Origin: an uncultured Planctomycetales bacterium
Lineage (GTDB): Bacteria; Omnitrophota; Gorgyraeia; Gygaellales; Profunditerraquicolaceae
Direction: 5' to 3'
Length of the DNA stretch: 64,000 bases
Assembly (NCBI GenBank): GCA_964487475.1
Contig: CAZAPM010000007.1
Location: 41,699-105,698 of the forward strand
Shown: in pieces, positions 49,466 to 58,865 of the stretch
How positions within the stretch are numbered: position 1 is the stretch's first letter
Layout: every line of letters starts with the position of its first letter
The notes under the pieces: model-generated
Database searches by the model: none
Seen by the model: the letters and a program-made list of their open reading frames with translations, nothing else
What the model was told of the DNA's origin: nothing
Program-made: the position numbers and the translations under genes

Positions 49466-50857
49466 ATGGTTCCTTCCGCGAAATACAGATACCTGGCCGC
49501 GTTCCTTGCGGGCGCGCTGCTCCTTTCCGGGTGCGCCAGCGGGCGCACGGTCAACGAGCGCATGCTCATCAATCTGTATGCCTCCCAGCGGCAGAAGCCG
49601 AAAACCCACCCTGTTATCTTCATACCCGGAATGATGGGTTCGGTACTGCAGGATTCCCGTACCGGAAAGACCGTGTGGGGGAATGTCGGCGGCACGGTGA
49701 TGGACCTGCTGGCGCTGCCGATCGACGCGGTGAACCTCGTGGGGAACCGCGACAGCCTTTCCCCGTCCGGGTTGCTGGGCAAGTTCACCTGGATCCCGGG
49801 AGTGGTGGAGAAGAAGGTGTACCAGCACCTGACCCAGGTATCTATCACCGCGGGAGGGTATACTCCGAATAAGGATGCCTTTTCCTTAAGCTATGACTGG
49901 CGGAGGGACCTGGTGGAGTCCGCGCAGAAACTCGGCGCGCTGATCGAGGAGATCAAGGCGAAGACGGGTAACCCCGATATCAAAGTGGACCTGCTTTGCC
50001 ACAGTTCGGGCGGATTGATCGCGCGCTATTATGCTAAGTACGGCACGGAGGATGTGCTGGACAAGGACCCTCTTCCCGCGCCGACCTATGCCGGAGCCAG
50101 GAATATCAACAAGATCATCATGCTGGGGACCCCGCATGCCGGGGCCATGGAGACCTTGCAGCGTCTGCACGAAGGACTGTGGCTGCCGACCATCGTGCGG
50201 CTGACCCCCGAGGTGATCTTCACCATGCCTGCGATGTACCAGCTGCTTCCCTGCGGGGAACAAGCGTATTTCATCGACCGCAACGGCAACCCTCTTTCCG
50301 TGGACATCTTCGACGCCCAGAAATGGCATGAATACGGCTGGTCGGTGTTCGCGCCCGAGTACCAGGCGCGCATACAGACCAGGTACCATTCCCGGCACGG
50401 AAGGCAGGAGGGGGAGAAGATGTACAAGGCCTACCTGGAAAAGCAGATATTCTTCCTTTCCGCCGCGCTGCAGCGGGCCAGGCAGTTCCAGCGGGCGGTA
50501 TGGAACGGTGACCTCGATGAGGAACGCAGCAAGATCACCTACGTGGCCTTAGGCTCGGACTGCCAGCGTACCCTGAAAGCCGCCCAGCTTTTCCGTCATC
50601 CGCAGCGGGGGTGGAGGCTGAAGTTCACCACCAAACACCGGTACCTTTACGAGAAGATGTTCGGCTACGGGGATAAGAGCGTGACCAAGGAAAGCCTGCT
50701 GGGAGTGCACCTGCACCGGGATGCGCAGGGAGAGCTGCGGGCCAAGCGCCTGCCCGTGTACTATTCCGGTTTTGTCTGCGAGAGCCACTCGGACCTCACC
50801 GCCAGCCCCACCTTCATGGATAACGTGCTCAATATACTGCTGGAAAGCTCAGATTGA
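49466..50857 (+). CDS. Lipoprotein, alpha/beta-hydrolase of the LCAT/PGAP1-like lipase/acyltransferase type
   Basis: Lipobox LLLSGC, a PVIFIPGMMGS oxyanion region and an LLCHSSGG nucleophile elbow. The ATG at 49466 follows the RBS GAGAGG; the GTG at 49454 overlaps the dnaE stop. Confidence 0.6.
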   Translation: MVPSAKYRYLAAFLAGALLLSGCASGRTVNERMLINLYASQRQKPKTHPVIFIPGMMGSVLQDSRTGKTVWGNVGGTVMDLLALPIDAVNLVGNRDSLSPSGLLGKFTWIPGVVEKKVYQHLTQVSITAGGYTPNKDAFSLSYDWRRDLVESAQKLGALIEEIKAKTGNPDIKVDLLCHSSGGLIARYYAKYGTEDVLDKDPLPAPTYAGARNINKIIMLGTPHAGAMETLQRLHEGLWLPTIVRLTPEVIFTMPAMYQLLPCGEQAYFIDRNGNPLSVDIFDAQKWHEYGWSVFAPEYQARIQTRYHSRHGRQEGEKMYKAYLEKQIFFLSAALQRARQFQRAVWNGDLDEERSKITYVALGSDCQRTLKAAQLFRHPQRGWRLKFTTKHRYLYEKMFGYGDKSVTKESLLGVHLHRDAQGELRAKRLPVYYSGFVCESHSDLTASPTFMDNVLNILLESSD

Positions 50858-50975
50858 GCTTGCCATAGACGCCGATTTATGGTAATTTAATACCTCGAAC
50901 ACACCCTCTATCAACTGATTCCGCGCTAAGCGGAGCCCTCTCGTAACCCGTTGAGGGAAAAGGGAAGACCGTCCA

Positions 50976-51290
50976 ATGATACAACTCACAGACGCGAGTT
51001 TCAAAAAGGAAGTGCTGGATTCTGCGTTGCCGGTGCTGGTCGATTTCTGGGCCCCCTGGTGCGGCCCCTGCAAGATGATCGCGCCCGTGCTCGACGAGAT
51101 GGCCAAGGAGTATGACGGCCGGTGCAAATTCGCCAAAGTCAACGTCGATGATTGCGGAAAGACCGCGCAGGAATACGGCATCATGTCCATACCGACTCTG
51201 ATGTTCTTCAAGGGCGGCAAAGTGATGGATCAAAGCGTGGGAGCGCTTTCCCGCAGCGACCTGAAGAAAAAGATCGAAGAGAACCTGTGA
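50976..51290 (+). CDS. trxA: Thioredoxin
   Basis: WAPWCGPCK active site. 104 aa. Confidence 0.9.
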   Translation: MIQLTDASFKKEVLDSALPVLVDFWAPWCGPCKMIAPVLDEMAKEYDGRCKFAKVNVDDCGKTAQEYGIMSIPTLMFFKGGKVMDQSVGALSRSDLKKKIEENL

Positions 51291-52375
51291 AAAGGATCTT
51301 TATCGCCGCCACCAAGCAGAACGACGGCAAGACTACCGCATCCCTCGGCCTGATCAAGAATTTCCAGGACCGCTTCAAGAAGGTCGGTTTCATCAAGCCC
51401 ATCGGCCAGAGGTATCTCGAAGAGGAAGGCCTCAAGATCGACGAGGATTCCATCCTCATCGAGGGGGTATGCGGCATCCGCTTAGGGTTGAAGGACATGA
51501 GCCCGATCGCGGTGGAGAAGGGGTTCACCGAGCGTTACGTGGTCAAGCCGGACAGGGAGTCCATCACCCGGCAGATCCGGCAGGCGTTCAAGCGCATCTC
51601 GCACCGCCAGGAGATGGTGGTGATCGAAGGGACCGGGCACGCGGGAGTGGGTTCCGTGTTCGATCATTCCAATGCGGCGGTGGCCAGGCTCCTGGGTTCG
51701 AAGGTGATCATTATCTCCTCGGGGGGCGTCGGCCGCCCTATCGACGAGATCATGCTGAACAAGGCACTTTTTGACAAGGAAGGCGTCAAGATCCTGGGGG
51801 TCATCGTCAATAAGGTGCTGCCTTCGAAGTTCGACAAGATCAGCGAACTGGTGCGCAAGGGCCTTAAGCGTAAAGGCATCGATGTGCTGGGGGTGCTGCC
51901 TTTCGACCCCGTGCTTTCCCGTTTTACCATCGAGCAGGTGCTGGAGGAAACCGATTTCCAGCTTTTGAGCGGGCATCGCAGCGTGGAGAACTCCATCACC
52001 AACGTGGTGATCGGGGCGATGCAGCCCCGGGACGCGGTGCGGTTCCTGACCGAGGACAGCCTGCTGATCACTCCCGGCGACCGGGAGGATATGGTGGACG
52101 CGGCGCTGCGCTGTTTCCGCGGCGACTCCAAGGACCGGCTCAAGATCTCGGGACTCATCTTTTCCGGAGGCATCATGCCGGAAGCTCCGCTCCTGGAACG
52201 GCTGAAGGAAACCTCCGTGCCAGTGCTCTGGGCGAAGGAAGACACGTATTCGGTGGCCGCCCTGATCCATGACCTGACGGTCAAGGTGCGGCCTCATGAT
52301 AAGGACAAGATCGACAGGATCGTGGCATTGTACAAAAAACACGTGGACCTGGAAGCAATATTGAAAGGGATGTAA
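51287..52375 (+). CDS. Stand-alone Pta N-terminal-like protein (BioD-like P-loop domain plus DRTGG domain)
   Basis: GTG start in a GTGA overlap with the trxA stop. The P-loop ATKQNDGKTT and a DRTGG-type motif (ITPGDREDMVD) match the N-terminal half of E. coli-type Pta. Lies directly upstream of pta. Confidence 0.7.
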   Translation: MKRIFIAATKQNDGKTTASLGLIKNFQDRFKKVGFIKPIGQRYLEEEGLKIDEDSILIEGVCGIRLGLKDMSPIAVEKGFTERYVVKPDRESITRQIRQAFKRISHRQEMVVIEGTGHAGVGSVFDHSNAAVARLLGSKVIIISSGGVGRPIDEIMLNKALFDKEGVKILGVIVNKVLPSKFDKISELVRKGLKRKGIDVLGVLPFDPVLSRFTIEQVLEETDFQLLSGHRSVENSITNVVIGAMQPRDAVRFLTEDSLLITPGDREDMVDAALRCFRGDSKDRLKISGLIFSGGIMPEAPLLERLKETSVPVLWAKEDTYSVAALIHDLTVKVRPHDKDKIDRIVALYKKHVDLEAILKGM

Positions 52376-52377
52376 GC

Positions 52378-53310
52378 ATGGATGCCATTGTCAGGATCAG
52401 GGAAAAGGCCCGGCGCAACCCGAAGGTGATCGCCCTGCCGGAATATTACGATCCCCGGGTGAAGGAAGCGTTCGGGATCATAGAGAAAGAGGGTATCGCG
52501 AAGGCCGTGCTGCTTACCCCCGAGATGGTGGACCTCTCCAAGAAGGAACGTTATATCGAGGAGTTCTACGAGCTGCGCAGGGGTAAAGGCGTCGACCTGG
52601 ATTCGGTGAAGAAGCTTTTCGAGGATACGCTGTATTATGCGGCGATGCAGACGCGCCACGGAGAGATCGACGGGTTCGTGGCCGGCGCCGCGCATACCAC
52701 CGCGGACATGGCCCGCGCCGCCATCCATTCCTTAGGCATGGACGAGCGTTTCGGGATCGCCTGCAGCTGTTTCATCATGTGCGTCCCGGAGTGCGTCTTT
52801 GGGGACGAAGGAACGTTCGTCTTCGCGGATTGCGGCATCATCCCGGACCCGAATTCCCGCCAGCTGGCCTGTATCGCGGTGGCGGCTTCCGAGTTCGCGG
52901 CCAAGCTGCTCGGCATTCCGGCCAAAGCGGCGTTCTTGAGCTATTCCACCAAGGGGTCGGCCAAGACCAAATCCAGCGAGAAGATCCTGGAGGCGATCAG
53001 GATCGCCCGGGAGATCGACCCGAAAGTCCTGGTCGACGGCGAACTGCAGGGCGATGCGGCCATCGTGCCGGAAGTGGCCAGGATCAAGGTGGAGGGAGAA
53101 AGTCCCGTCGCAGGCAAGGCGAACGTGCTGATCTTCCCGAACCTGGAAGCCGGGAATATCTGCTACAAGCTGGTAGAGCGGCTGGCCAAGGCCCGGGCGC
53201 TGGGACCGATCATGCTGGGCCTCAATAAACCCTGCAGCGACCTTTCCCGCGGATGTTCCGTGGACGACGTGGTCGATTGCACCGCGGTGACCGCCATCAG
53301 GGCGCAATAA
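52378..53310 (+). CDS. pta: Phosphate acetyltransferase (catalytic domain only)
   Basis: 310 aa. Pta/Ptb fold motifs. Followed immediately by ackA. Confidence 0.85.
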   Translation: MDAIVRIREKARRNPKVIALPEYYDPRVKEAFGIIEKEGIAKAVLLTPEMVDLSKKERYIEEFYELRRGKGVDLDSVKKLFEDTLYYAAMQTRHGEIDGFVAGAAHTTADMARAAIHSLGMDERFGIACSCFIMCVPECVFGDEGTFVFADCGIIPDPNSRQLACIAVAASEFAAKLLGIPAKAAFLSYSTKGSAKTKSSEKILEAIRIAREIDPKVLVDGELQGDAAIVPEVARIKVEGESPVAGKANVLIFPNLEAGNICYKLVERLAKARALGPIMLGLNKPCSDLSRGCSVDDVVDCTAVTAIRAQ

Positions 53311-53313
53311 TCC

Positions 53314-54375
53314 ATGAAAATACTGGTACTCAACAGCGGCAGTTCCTCCATCAAGTACAAGATATTCTCCCTCCCTAAAAAAGAGTTGCTGGGAAAAGGG
53401 TCCATCGAGAACATCGGCGAAGAAGGTTCGGCCATCCAGGACCATTATACCGGTTTGAAGAAGATACTCGGCGCGAACAGCGACGTCGATGCCGTTGGGC
53501 ACCGGGTGGTGCACGGGGGAGAGGCGTTCCAGAAGCCGGTGCGCATAGACGAGACGGTGATACGCAAGATCCGCCAGTGCTGCGAGATCGCGCCGCTGCA
53601 CAACCCCGCGAACCTTTCCGGGATACTGGCCTGCAAGAAGCTGATGCCGTCAGTGCCCCAGGTCGCGGTGTTCGATACCGCGTTCCACCAGACCATCCCC
53701 GATTACGCGTATGTGTACGGGCTGCCGTACGCCTACTACCAGAAGATGGGGATCAGGAAATACGGTTTCCACGGCACCAGCCATCATTATGTGGCTGTCG
53801 AGGCTGCCCGGCAGCTGAAGCGGCCTTTGGAAAAGCTCAAGCTCATCACCTGCCATCTGGGCAACGGCTGCAGCATCACCGCGGTCGACGGCGGCAGGTC
53901 TGTGGATACCAGCATGGGATATACCCCCCTGGAAGGGGTGATCATGGGGACCCGCTGCGGGGATATCGACCCGGCGCTCATCCCGTATCTTATGCACAAG
54001 AAGAAGCTCGACGTCGAAGGCATCGAACGGGTGCTCAACAAGGAGAGCGGCCTTAAGGGCATCTCCGGGATCAGCAATGACATGCGCACCTTAACTGAGC
54101 ATGCCCGCAAAGGCAATCCCCGGGCCAGGCTCGCCTTGCAGGTGTTCATCTACCGGATCGGCAAGTATATCGGCGCGTACGTGGCGGCGATGGGCGGGTG
54201 CGATGCCATCATCTTCACCGGCGGTATCGGGGAGAATCAGAAGGACGTGCGCACCGAAGCCTGCCGCGGGATACTCAACTGCCTCAAGAAAAGGCCCAAA
54301 GTGTTGGTGATCCCGACGAACGAAGAGTTGATGATCTCCCTGCAGACATACAAGGTCATCCATAACGGGTCGTAA
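53314..54375 (+). CDS. ackA: Acetate kinase
   Basis: VLNSGSSSIKYK, CHLGNGCSITAVDGGRSVDTSMG and IFTGGIGEN motifs. Somewhat short at 353 aa. Confidence 0.85.
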   Translation: MKILVLNSGSSSIKYKIFSLPKKELLGKGSIENIGEEGSAIQDHYTGLKKILGANSDVDAVGHRVVHGGEAFQKPVRIDETVIRKIRQCCEIAPLHNPANLSGILACKKLMPSVPQVAVFDTAFHQTIPDYAYVYGLPYAYYQKMGIRKYGFHGTSHHYVAVEAARQLKRPLEKLKLITCHLGNGCSITAVDGGRSVDTSMGYTPLEGVIMGTRCGDIDPALIPYLMHKKKLDVEGIERVLNKESGLKGISGISNDMRTLTEHARKGNPRARLALQVFIYRIGKYIGAYVAAMGGCDAIIFTGGIGENQKDVRTEACRGILNCLKKRPKVLVIPTNEELMISLQTYKVIHNGS

Positions 54376-54395
54376 TGCTGAAAAACGAGGTCGCT

Positions 54396-54746
54396 ATGTT
54401 CCGAACCATGCTTAAATCCAAGATCCACCGGGCGAAAGTCACCGAAGCCAACCTGCAGTATAACGGCAGTATCACCATCGATGAAAAGCTGATGCGCTGC
54501 GCCGACCTGCTGGAAGGCGAGAAAGTGGAAGTGCTCAACCTCAATACCGGGTCGCGGCTGGAGACGTATTGCATCAAGGGCAAGGCCGGCTCGGGGGTGA
54601 TCTGCCTCAACGGACCGGCTGCACGCGGGGCGTGCCCGGGCGACGAGGTCATCATCGTTTCCTATGTGCTCGTGGACGATGCGCAGGCCGGCAAGGTCAA
54701 GGCCAGGATCGTAAAAGTCGATGAAAGAAACCGCTGCAAAGATTAA
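54396..54746 (+). CDS. panD: Aspartate 1-decarboxylase (pyruvoyl-dependent)
   Basis: MFRTMLKSKIHRAKVTEANLQYNGSITID carries the Gly-Ser self-cleavage site and is very close to E. coli PanD. Confidence 0.85.
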   Translation: MFRTMLKSKIHRAKVTEANLQYNGSITIDEKLMRCADLLEGEKVEVLNLNTGSRLETYCIKGKAGSGVICLNGPAARGACPGDEVIIVSYVLVDDAQAGKVKARIVKVDERNRCKD

Positions 54747-55230
54747 GACCTTCGGCCAGCCGGTGTTGCGCCGGAAGGCCGAAGCGGTGGAAGAAGTGAC
54801 GGATGAACACCGCCTGCTTTTTGACGAGATGGCCCGTATCATGTACGAGGTCAAAGGGGTGGGGCTGGCCGCGCCGCAGATCGGGCTGATCAAGGCTTTG
54901 ATCGTGATAGATATCGGAAACGGCCTGATAAAGATGGCCAATCCGGTGATCGTCAAGAAGGAAGGCGCCCAGTCCATGGAAGAGGGGTGCCTGAGCGTGC
55001 CCGGGGTCGGGGTGACGGTGAAGCGTTTCCGCAAGGTCACGGTGGAAGGGCTCAACGAGCGGGGGGAACCGGTACGGATCGAGGCCGAGGGGTTTCTGGC
55101 GACCGTGTTCCAGCACGAATGCGACCATCTGGAAGGTAAAATGATCGTCGACCACGCGTCCATGCTTGAACGCATCCGGATCAAGCCCGCGCTGGATTCG
55201 ATGAAAAGGAAAGTCAGCGGACATGAGTGA
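54721..55230 (+). CDS. def: Peptide deformylase
   Basis: GVGLAAPQIG, EGCLSVPG and HECDHLEG motifs. Confidence 0.9.
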   Translation: MKETAAKIKTFGQPVLRRKAEAVEEVTDEHRLLFDEMARIMYEVKGVGLAAPQIGLIKALIVIDIGNGLIKMANPVIVKKEGAQSMEEGCLSVPGVGVTVKRFRKVTVEGLNERGEPVRIEAEGFLATVFQHECDHLEGKMIVDHASMLERIRIKPALDSMKRKVSGHE

Positions 55231-56149
55231 TACGATGCTCGACCTGTTGATCATAGGCGCCGGGCCGGCGGGGCTTACCGCCGCGTTGTACGCGGGAAGG
55301 TTCCGTCTCAAGGCGCTGGTGGTGGAAAAGATGGCTTCCGGCGGGCAGATGCTGCTGACCCCGAACCTGGAGAACTATCCCGGATTCCCGGGAGGGGTGT
55401 CCACCGAGGACCTGACGCAGCGCATGCGCGCGCAGGTCGAAGAGGTGGGAGTGTCTTTCGTTTCGGATGAGGTGCTGAGCGTGCAGGGATCAGGCCGGGG
55501 GTACGAAGTGAAGTGCCGCGAGGCCGTGTACGTCGCGAGGACCGTGATCATCGCCAGCGGTGCGCAGTCCAAGCGGCTGGGAGTTCCCGGCGAGGAGGCA
55601 TTGACCGGGAGGGGCGTATCCTATTGCGGGACCTGTGACGGGCCGTTGTTCAAGAACAAGCGCGTGCTGGTGGTCGGGGGCGGGGACCGGGCTATCGAGG
55701 ACGCCATTTTTCTGACCAGCTACTGCTCCTCGGTGACGGTGGTGCACCGCCGGCAGGAGTTCCGGGCTTCCCGGATCCTGGTGGAGAAGGCCGAGGCTAA
55801 CCCCAAGATAACCTTCAGGCTCGACAGCGTGCTGGAGCGGATCGAAGGCACGACGAAGGTCGAGTCGGTATCGGTGAGGAACGTGAAGACGGGCGCCTCG
55901 GAATCCCTGGCTGCGGACGGGGTCTTTATTTTCGTCGGGATCGTGCCGAACACGGAGTTCATCCGCAGCGCGGTGCAGACCGACGAGGCGGGATTTATCG
56001 TCTCCGATCAGTCCATGAGGACGTCCCTGCCGGGGATCTTTGCCTGCGGGGATTGCCGGGGAAAAAGTTTTTATCAGGTGATCAGCGCCTGCGGTGAAGG
56101 GGCGCATGCCGCGGATTCCGCGCACAAGTATTTACTCACGTCAACATAA
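55223..56149 (+). CDS. trxB: Thioredoxin-disulfide reductase
   Basis: IIGAGPAGLTAA FAD site, CGTCDG redox-active disulfide and a GGGDRA NADPH site. Confidence 0.9.
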   Translation: MSDTMLDLLIIGAGPAGLTAALYAGRFRLKALVVEKMASGGQMLLTPNLENYPGFPGGVSTEDLTQRMRAQVEEVGVSFVSDEVLSVQGSGRGYEVKCREAVYVARTVIIASGAQSKRLGVPGEEALTGRGVSYCGTCDGPLFKNKRVLVVGGGDRAIEDAIFLTSYCSSVTVVHRRQEFRASRILVEKAEANPKITFRLDSVLERIEGTTKVESVSVRNVKTGASESLAADGVFIFVGIVPNTEFIRSAVQTDEAGFIVSDQSMRTSLPGIFACGDCRGKSFYQVISACGEGAHAADSAHKYLLTST

Positions 56150-56162
56150 GAAAGGGTACGCC

Positions 56163-57953
56163 ATGATCGACAAGTTTCCGACGACCAATAAAAAACTGGC
56201 CGCATGGGTTTCCAAGATGGCGAAGCTCTGCCAGCCTGACGATATAGTCTGGATCACCGGCTCCGAAGCGGAAAAGAGACAGTTGGAGCGGGAATGCCTG
56301 GATACGGGAGAGTTGATCGAGCTCAATCAGGATAAGCTCCCCGGGTGTTACCTGCACCGGACCGCGCTCAACGACGTGGCCCGCACCGAGCATCTGACCT
56401 ATATCTGCACCCGTAAGAAGTCGGATGCCGGCCCGATCAATAACTGGATGTCCCCCCGCCAGGCCTATAAGAAAGCCGAAGGATACTTCAAAGGCGCGAT
56501 GAAGGGCCGTACCATGTACGTGATCCCTTTTTCCATGGGGCCGGTGGGATCGCCGTTCTCCAAGATAGGCGTCGAACTTACGGACTCCCGTTACGTGGTG
56601 CTCAATATGCGGATCATGACCCGCATCGGCACGGATGTCCTGCGGCAGCTGGAAAAGGAGGATAATTTCACCCGTTGTCTGCACTCCAAGGCCGACCTGG
56701 ATATCAACAAGCGCCTGATATTGCATTTTCCCGAGGATAATACCATCTGGAGCGTCGGTTCCGGCTACGGCGGCAACGTGCTGCTGGGGAAAAAATGCCT
56801 CTCCCTGCGTATCGCCAGCCACCTGGGCCGCAAAGAGGGATGGATGGCCGAACATATGCTGATCATGGGCGTTGAAGAGCCCAACGGCCACATCGAATAC
56901 ATCGCGGCGGCGTTCCCCAGCGCCTGCGGCAAGACCAATCTGGCCATGCTCGTGCCTCCGGAAGGGCTGAAGGTCAAAGGATACCGCATCTGGACCGTGG
57001 GCGACGATATCTCCTGGATGCGCATCGACACCGACGGTTCACTCTGGGCGATCAATCCCGAGACCGGTTTTTTCGGGGTGGCTCCGGGGACCAATTCCAA
57101 GACCAACCCGAACATGGTGGAGACCGTGAAGAAGAACACCATTTTCACCAACGTGCTGTTGAAAGCCGACGGCACGGTGTGGTGGGAGGGAGCGGACGGG
57201 GAGGTGCCTGCGAGCGGCATCGACTGGCAGGGCCGGCCCTGGAGACCGGGAATGCTCGACGAGAACGGCAAACCGGTACCCGGCGCCAACCCTAACGCGC
57301 GATTCACCACTCCGATCGCCAACTGCCCCAGCGCCTCCTTCAGGCTCGATCAGCATCACGGAGTGCCTATCTCGGCGATCGTGTTCGGCGGACGCCGGGC
57401 GCATCTGGCCCCCCTGGTGTACGAATCCTTCAACTGGCAGCACGGTGTCTTCGTGGGCGCGACCATGGCCTCCGAACTTACCGCGGCGGCGGTGGGAAAG
57501 CTTGGGCAGGTCAGGCGCGATCCCATGGCCATGCTCCCTTTCTGCGGGTACAATATGGCCTATTATTTCACTCACTGGCTGAAGATGGGGCGCAAGCTCA
57601 AGAAAGCCCCCAAGATATTCCATGTGAACTGGTTCAGGACCGACGAGAAGGGGCAGTTCCTTTGGCCGGGCTATATCGAGAACCTGCGGGTGCTGGAGTG
57701 GATACTCGACCGCTGCAACAAGAAGGTCGATGCGCAGCGCACGCCTATCGGGTTTGTGCCCAAGGTGAGCGACATCGACATGACCGGCCTTTATATACCC
57801 GAGGTGAACATGGAGAAGCTCCTGCATATCGACCGGGCGGCCTGGCAGGAAGAGCTTAAGAGCATCAAGCCGTTCTTCAGCCAGTTCAAGGGCGACCTGC
57901 CCAAGGAGCTTTGGGACGAGTATAAGGCTCTGGAAAAAAGGCTGAAGGACTGA
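56163..57953 (+). CDS. pckG: Phosphoenolpyruvate carboxykinase (GTP)
   Basis: Internal Met 24 of ORF 56094. GTP-PEPCK P-loop/kinase-1a region (SACGKTN) and a WMRID-type motif. About 597 aa. Confidence 0.9.
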   Translation: MIDKFPTTNKKLAAWVSKMAKLCQPDDIVWITGSEAEKRQLERECLDTGELIELNQDKLPGCYLHRTALNDVARTEHLTYICTRKKSDAGPINNWMSPRQAYKKAEGYFKGAMKGRTMYVIPFSMGPVGSPFSKIGVELTDSRYVVLNMRIMTRIGTDVLRQLEKEDNFTRCLHSKADLDINKRLILHFPEDNTIWSVGSGYGGNVLLGKKCLSLRIASHLGRKEGWMAEHMLIMGVEEPNGHIEYIAAAFPSACGKTNLAMLVPPEGLKVKGYRIWTVGDDISWMRIDTDGSLWAINPETGFFGVAPGTNSKTNPNMVETVKKNTIFTNVLLKADGTVWWEGADGEVPASGIDWQGRPWRPGMLDENGKPVPGANPNARFTTPIANCPSASFRLDQHHGVPISAIVFGGRRAHLAPLVYESFNWQHGVFVGATMASELTAAAVGKLGQVRRDPMAMLPFCGYNMAYYFTHWLKMGRKLKKAPKIFHVNWFRTDEKGQFLWPGYIENLRVLEWILDRCNKKVDAQRTPIGFVPKVSDIDMTGLYIPEVNMEKLLHIDRAAWQEELKSIKPFFSQFKGDLPKELWDEYKALEKRLKD

Positions 57954-57956
57954 CTT

Positions 57957-58865
57957 ATGGGTACGGACAAGCGTGAAGAAGTGGTGCTGTTTACCGAGCT
58001 CGAGGGGTTGACCCTTTTCAGGCGCGGCAAGGTGCGCGACGTGTATGACTTAGGGGAGATGCTGCTGGTGGTCTCGACCGACCGTATCTCCGCCTTCGAT
58101 GTGGTGATGCCCAACGGCATCCCTTTCAAGGGCAAGGTACTGACCAGTATCAGCTGTTTCTGGTTCGAGCTGCTGCAGGATACCGTGGCGCATCATCTGA
58201 TCACCGCTGACGTCAAGGAGTACCCGTCGTCCCTGCACAAGCACCGGGAGGTACTCCGGGGACGCTCCATGCTGGTCAAGAAGACCAAGCCGTTCCCGGT
58301 GGAGTGTATCGTGCGCGGATATCTTTCCGGATCGGGCTGGAAGGAATACGGGAAGACCGGCGCGGTGTGCGGTATCCCTCTGCCGCCAGGCTTGAGGGAA
58401 TCGGAGAAGCTCGCCCAGCCCATTTTTACCCCGTCCACCAAGGCCGAGCAGGGTCATGACGAGAACGTGTCTACGTCCTATGTGGAAGGGCTCATCGGAA
58501 AGGACGCTTCTCGCACCCTGCAGGAGATGAGCCTCGCCGTATATACCCGGGCCAGGGACTATGCCGCGGATAAAGGGATCATCATCGCCGACACCAAGTT
58601 CGAGTTCGGCTCGTACCACGGGAAGTGCATCCTGATCGACGAAGTGCTCACTCCCGACTCTTCGCGTTTCTGGCCGGCGGATTCGTACGCCCCGGGCAGG
58701 GGGCAGCCGAGTTTCGACAAACAGTTCGTGCGCGATTACCTGGAAAGCCTTACCTGGGACAAGACCCCGCCTGCGCCGGAGCTGCCGGAAGATATCGTGG
58801 ATAAGACCAGCCGGAAATACCTGGAGGCGTACGCCCGCCTCACCGGCCGGGAGCTCGAGGTATAG
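57957..58865 (+). CDS. purC: Phosphoribosylaminoimidazole-succinocarboxamide synthase (SAICAR synthetase, long form)
   Basis: [10 protein letters not shown]...[13 protein letters not shown] and later PurC motifs. 302 aa. Confidence 0.9.
   Translation: MGTDKREEVVLFTELEGLTLFRRGKVRDVYDLGEMLLVVSTDRISAFDVVMPNGIPFKGKVLTSISCFWFELLQDTVAHHLITADVKEYPSSLHKHREVLRGRSMLVKKTKPFPVECIVRGYLSGSGWKEYGKTGAVCGIPLPPGLRESEKLAQPIFTPSTKAEQGHDENVSTSYVEGLIGKDASRTLQEMSLAVYTRARDYAADKGIIIADTKFEFGSYHGKCILIDEVLTPDSSRFWPADSYAPGRGQPSFDKQFVRDYLESLTWDKTPPAPELPEDIVDKTSRKYLEAYARLTGRELEV

Noticed and set aside
52378-53310. Phosphate butyryltransferase/butyrate kinase interpretation of pta/ackA because both are short
   Set aside because: The kinase carries acetate-kinase-specific motifs (HLGNG.SI, TGGIGEN) and does not resemble Buk. 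The upstream gene is the Pta-specific N-terminal domain.
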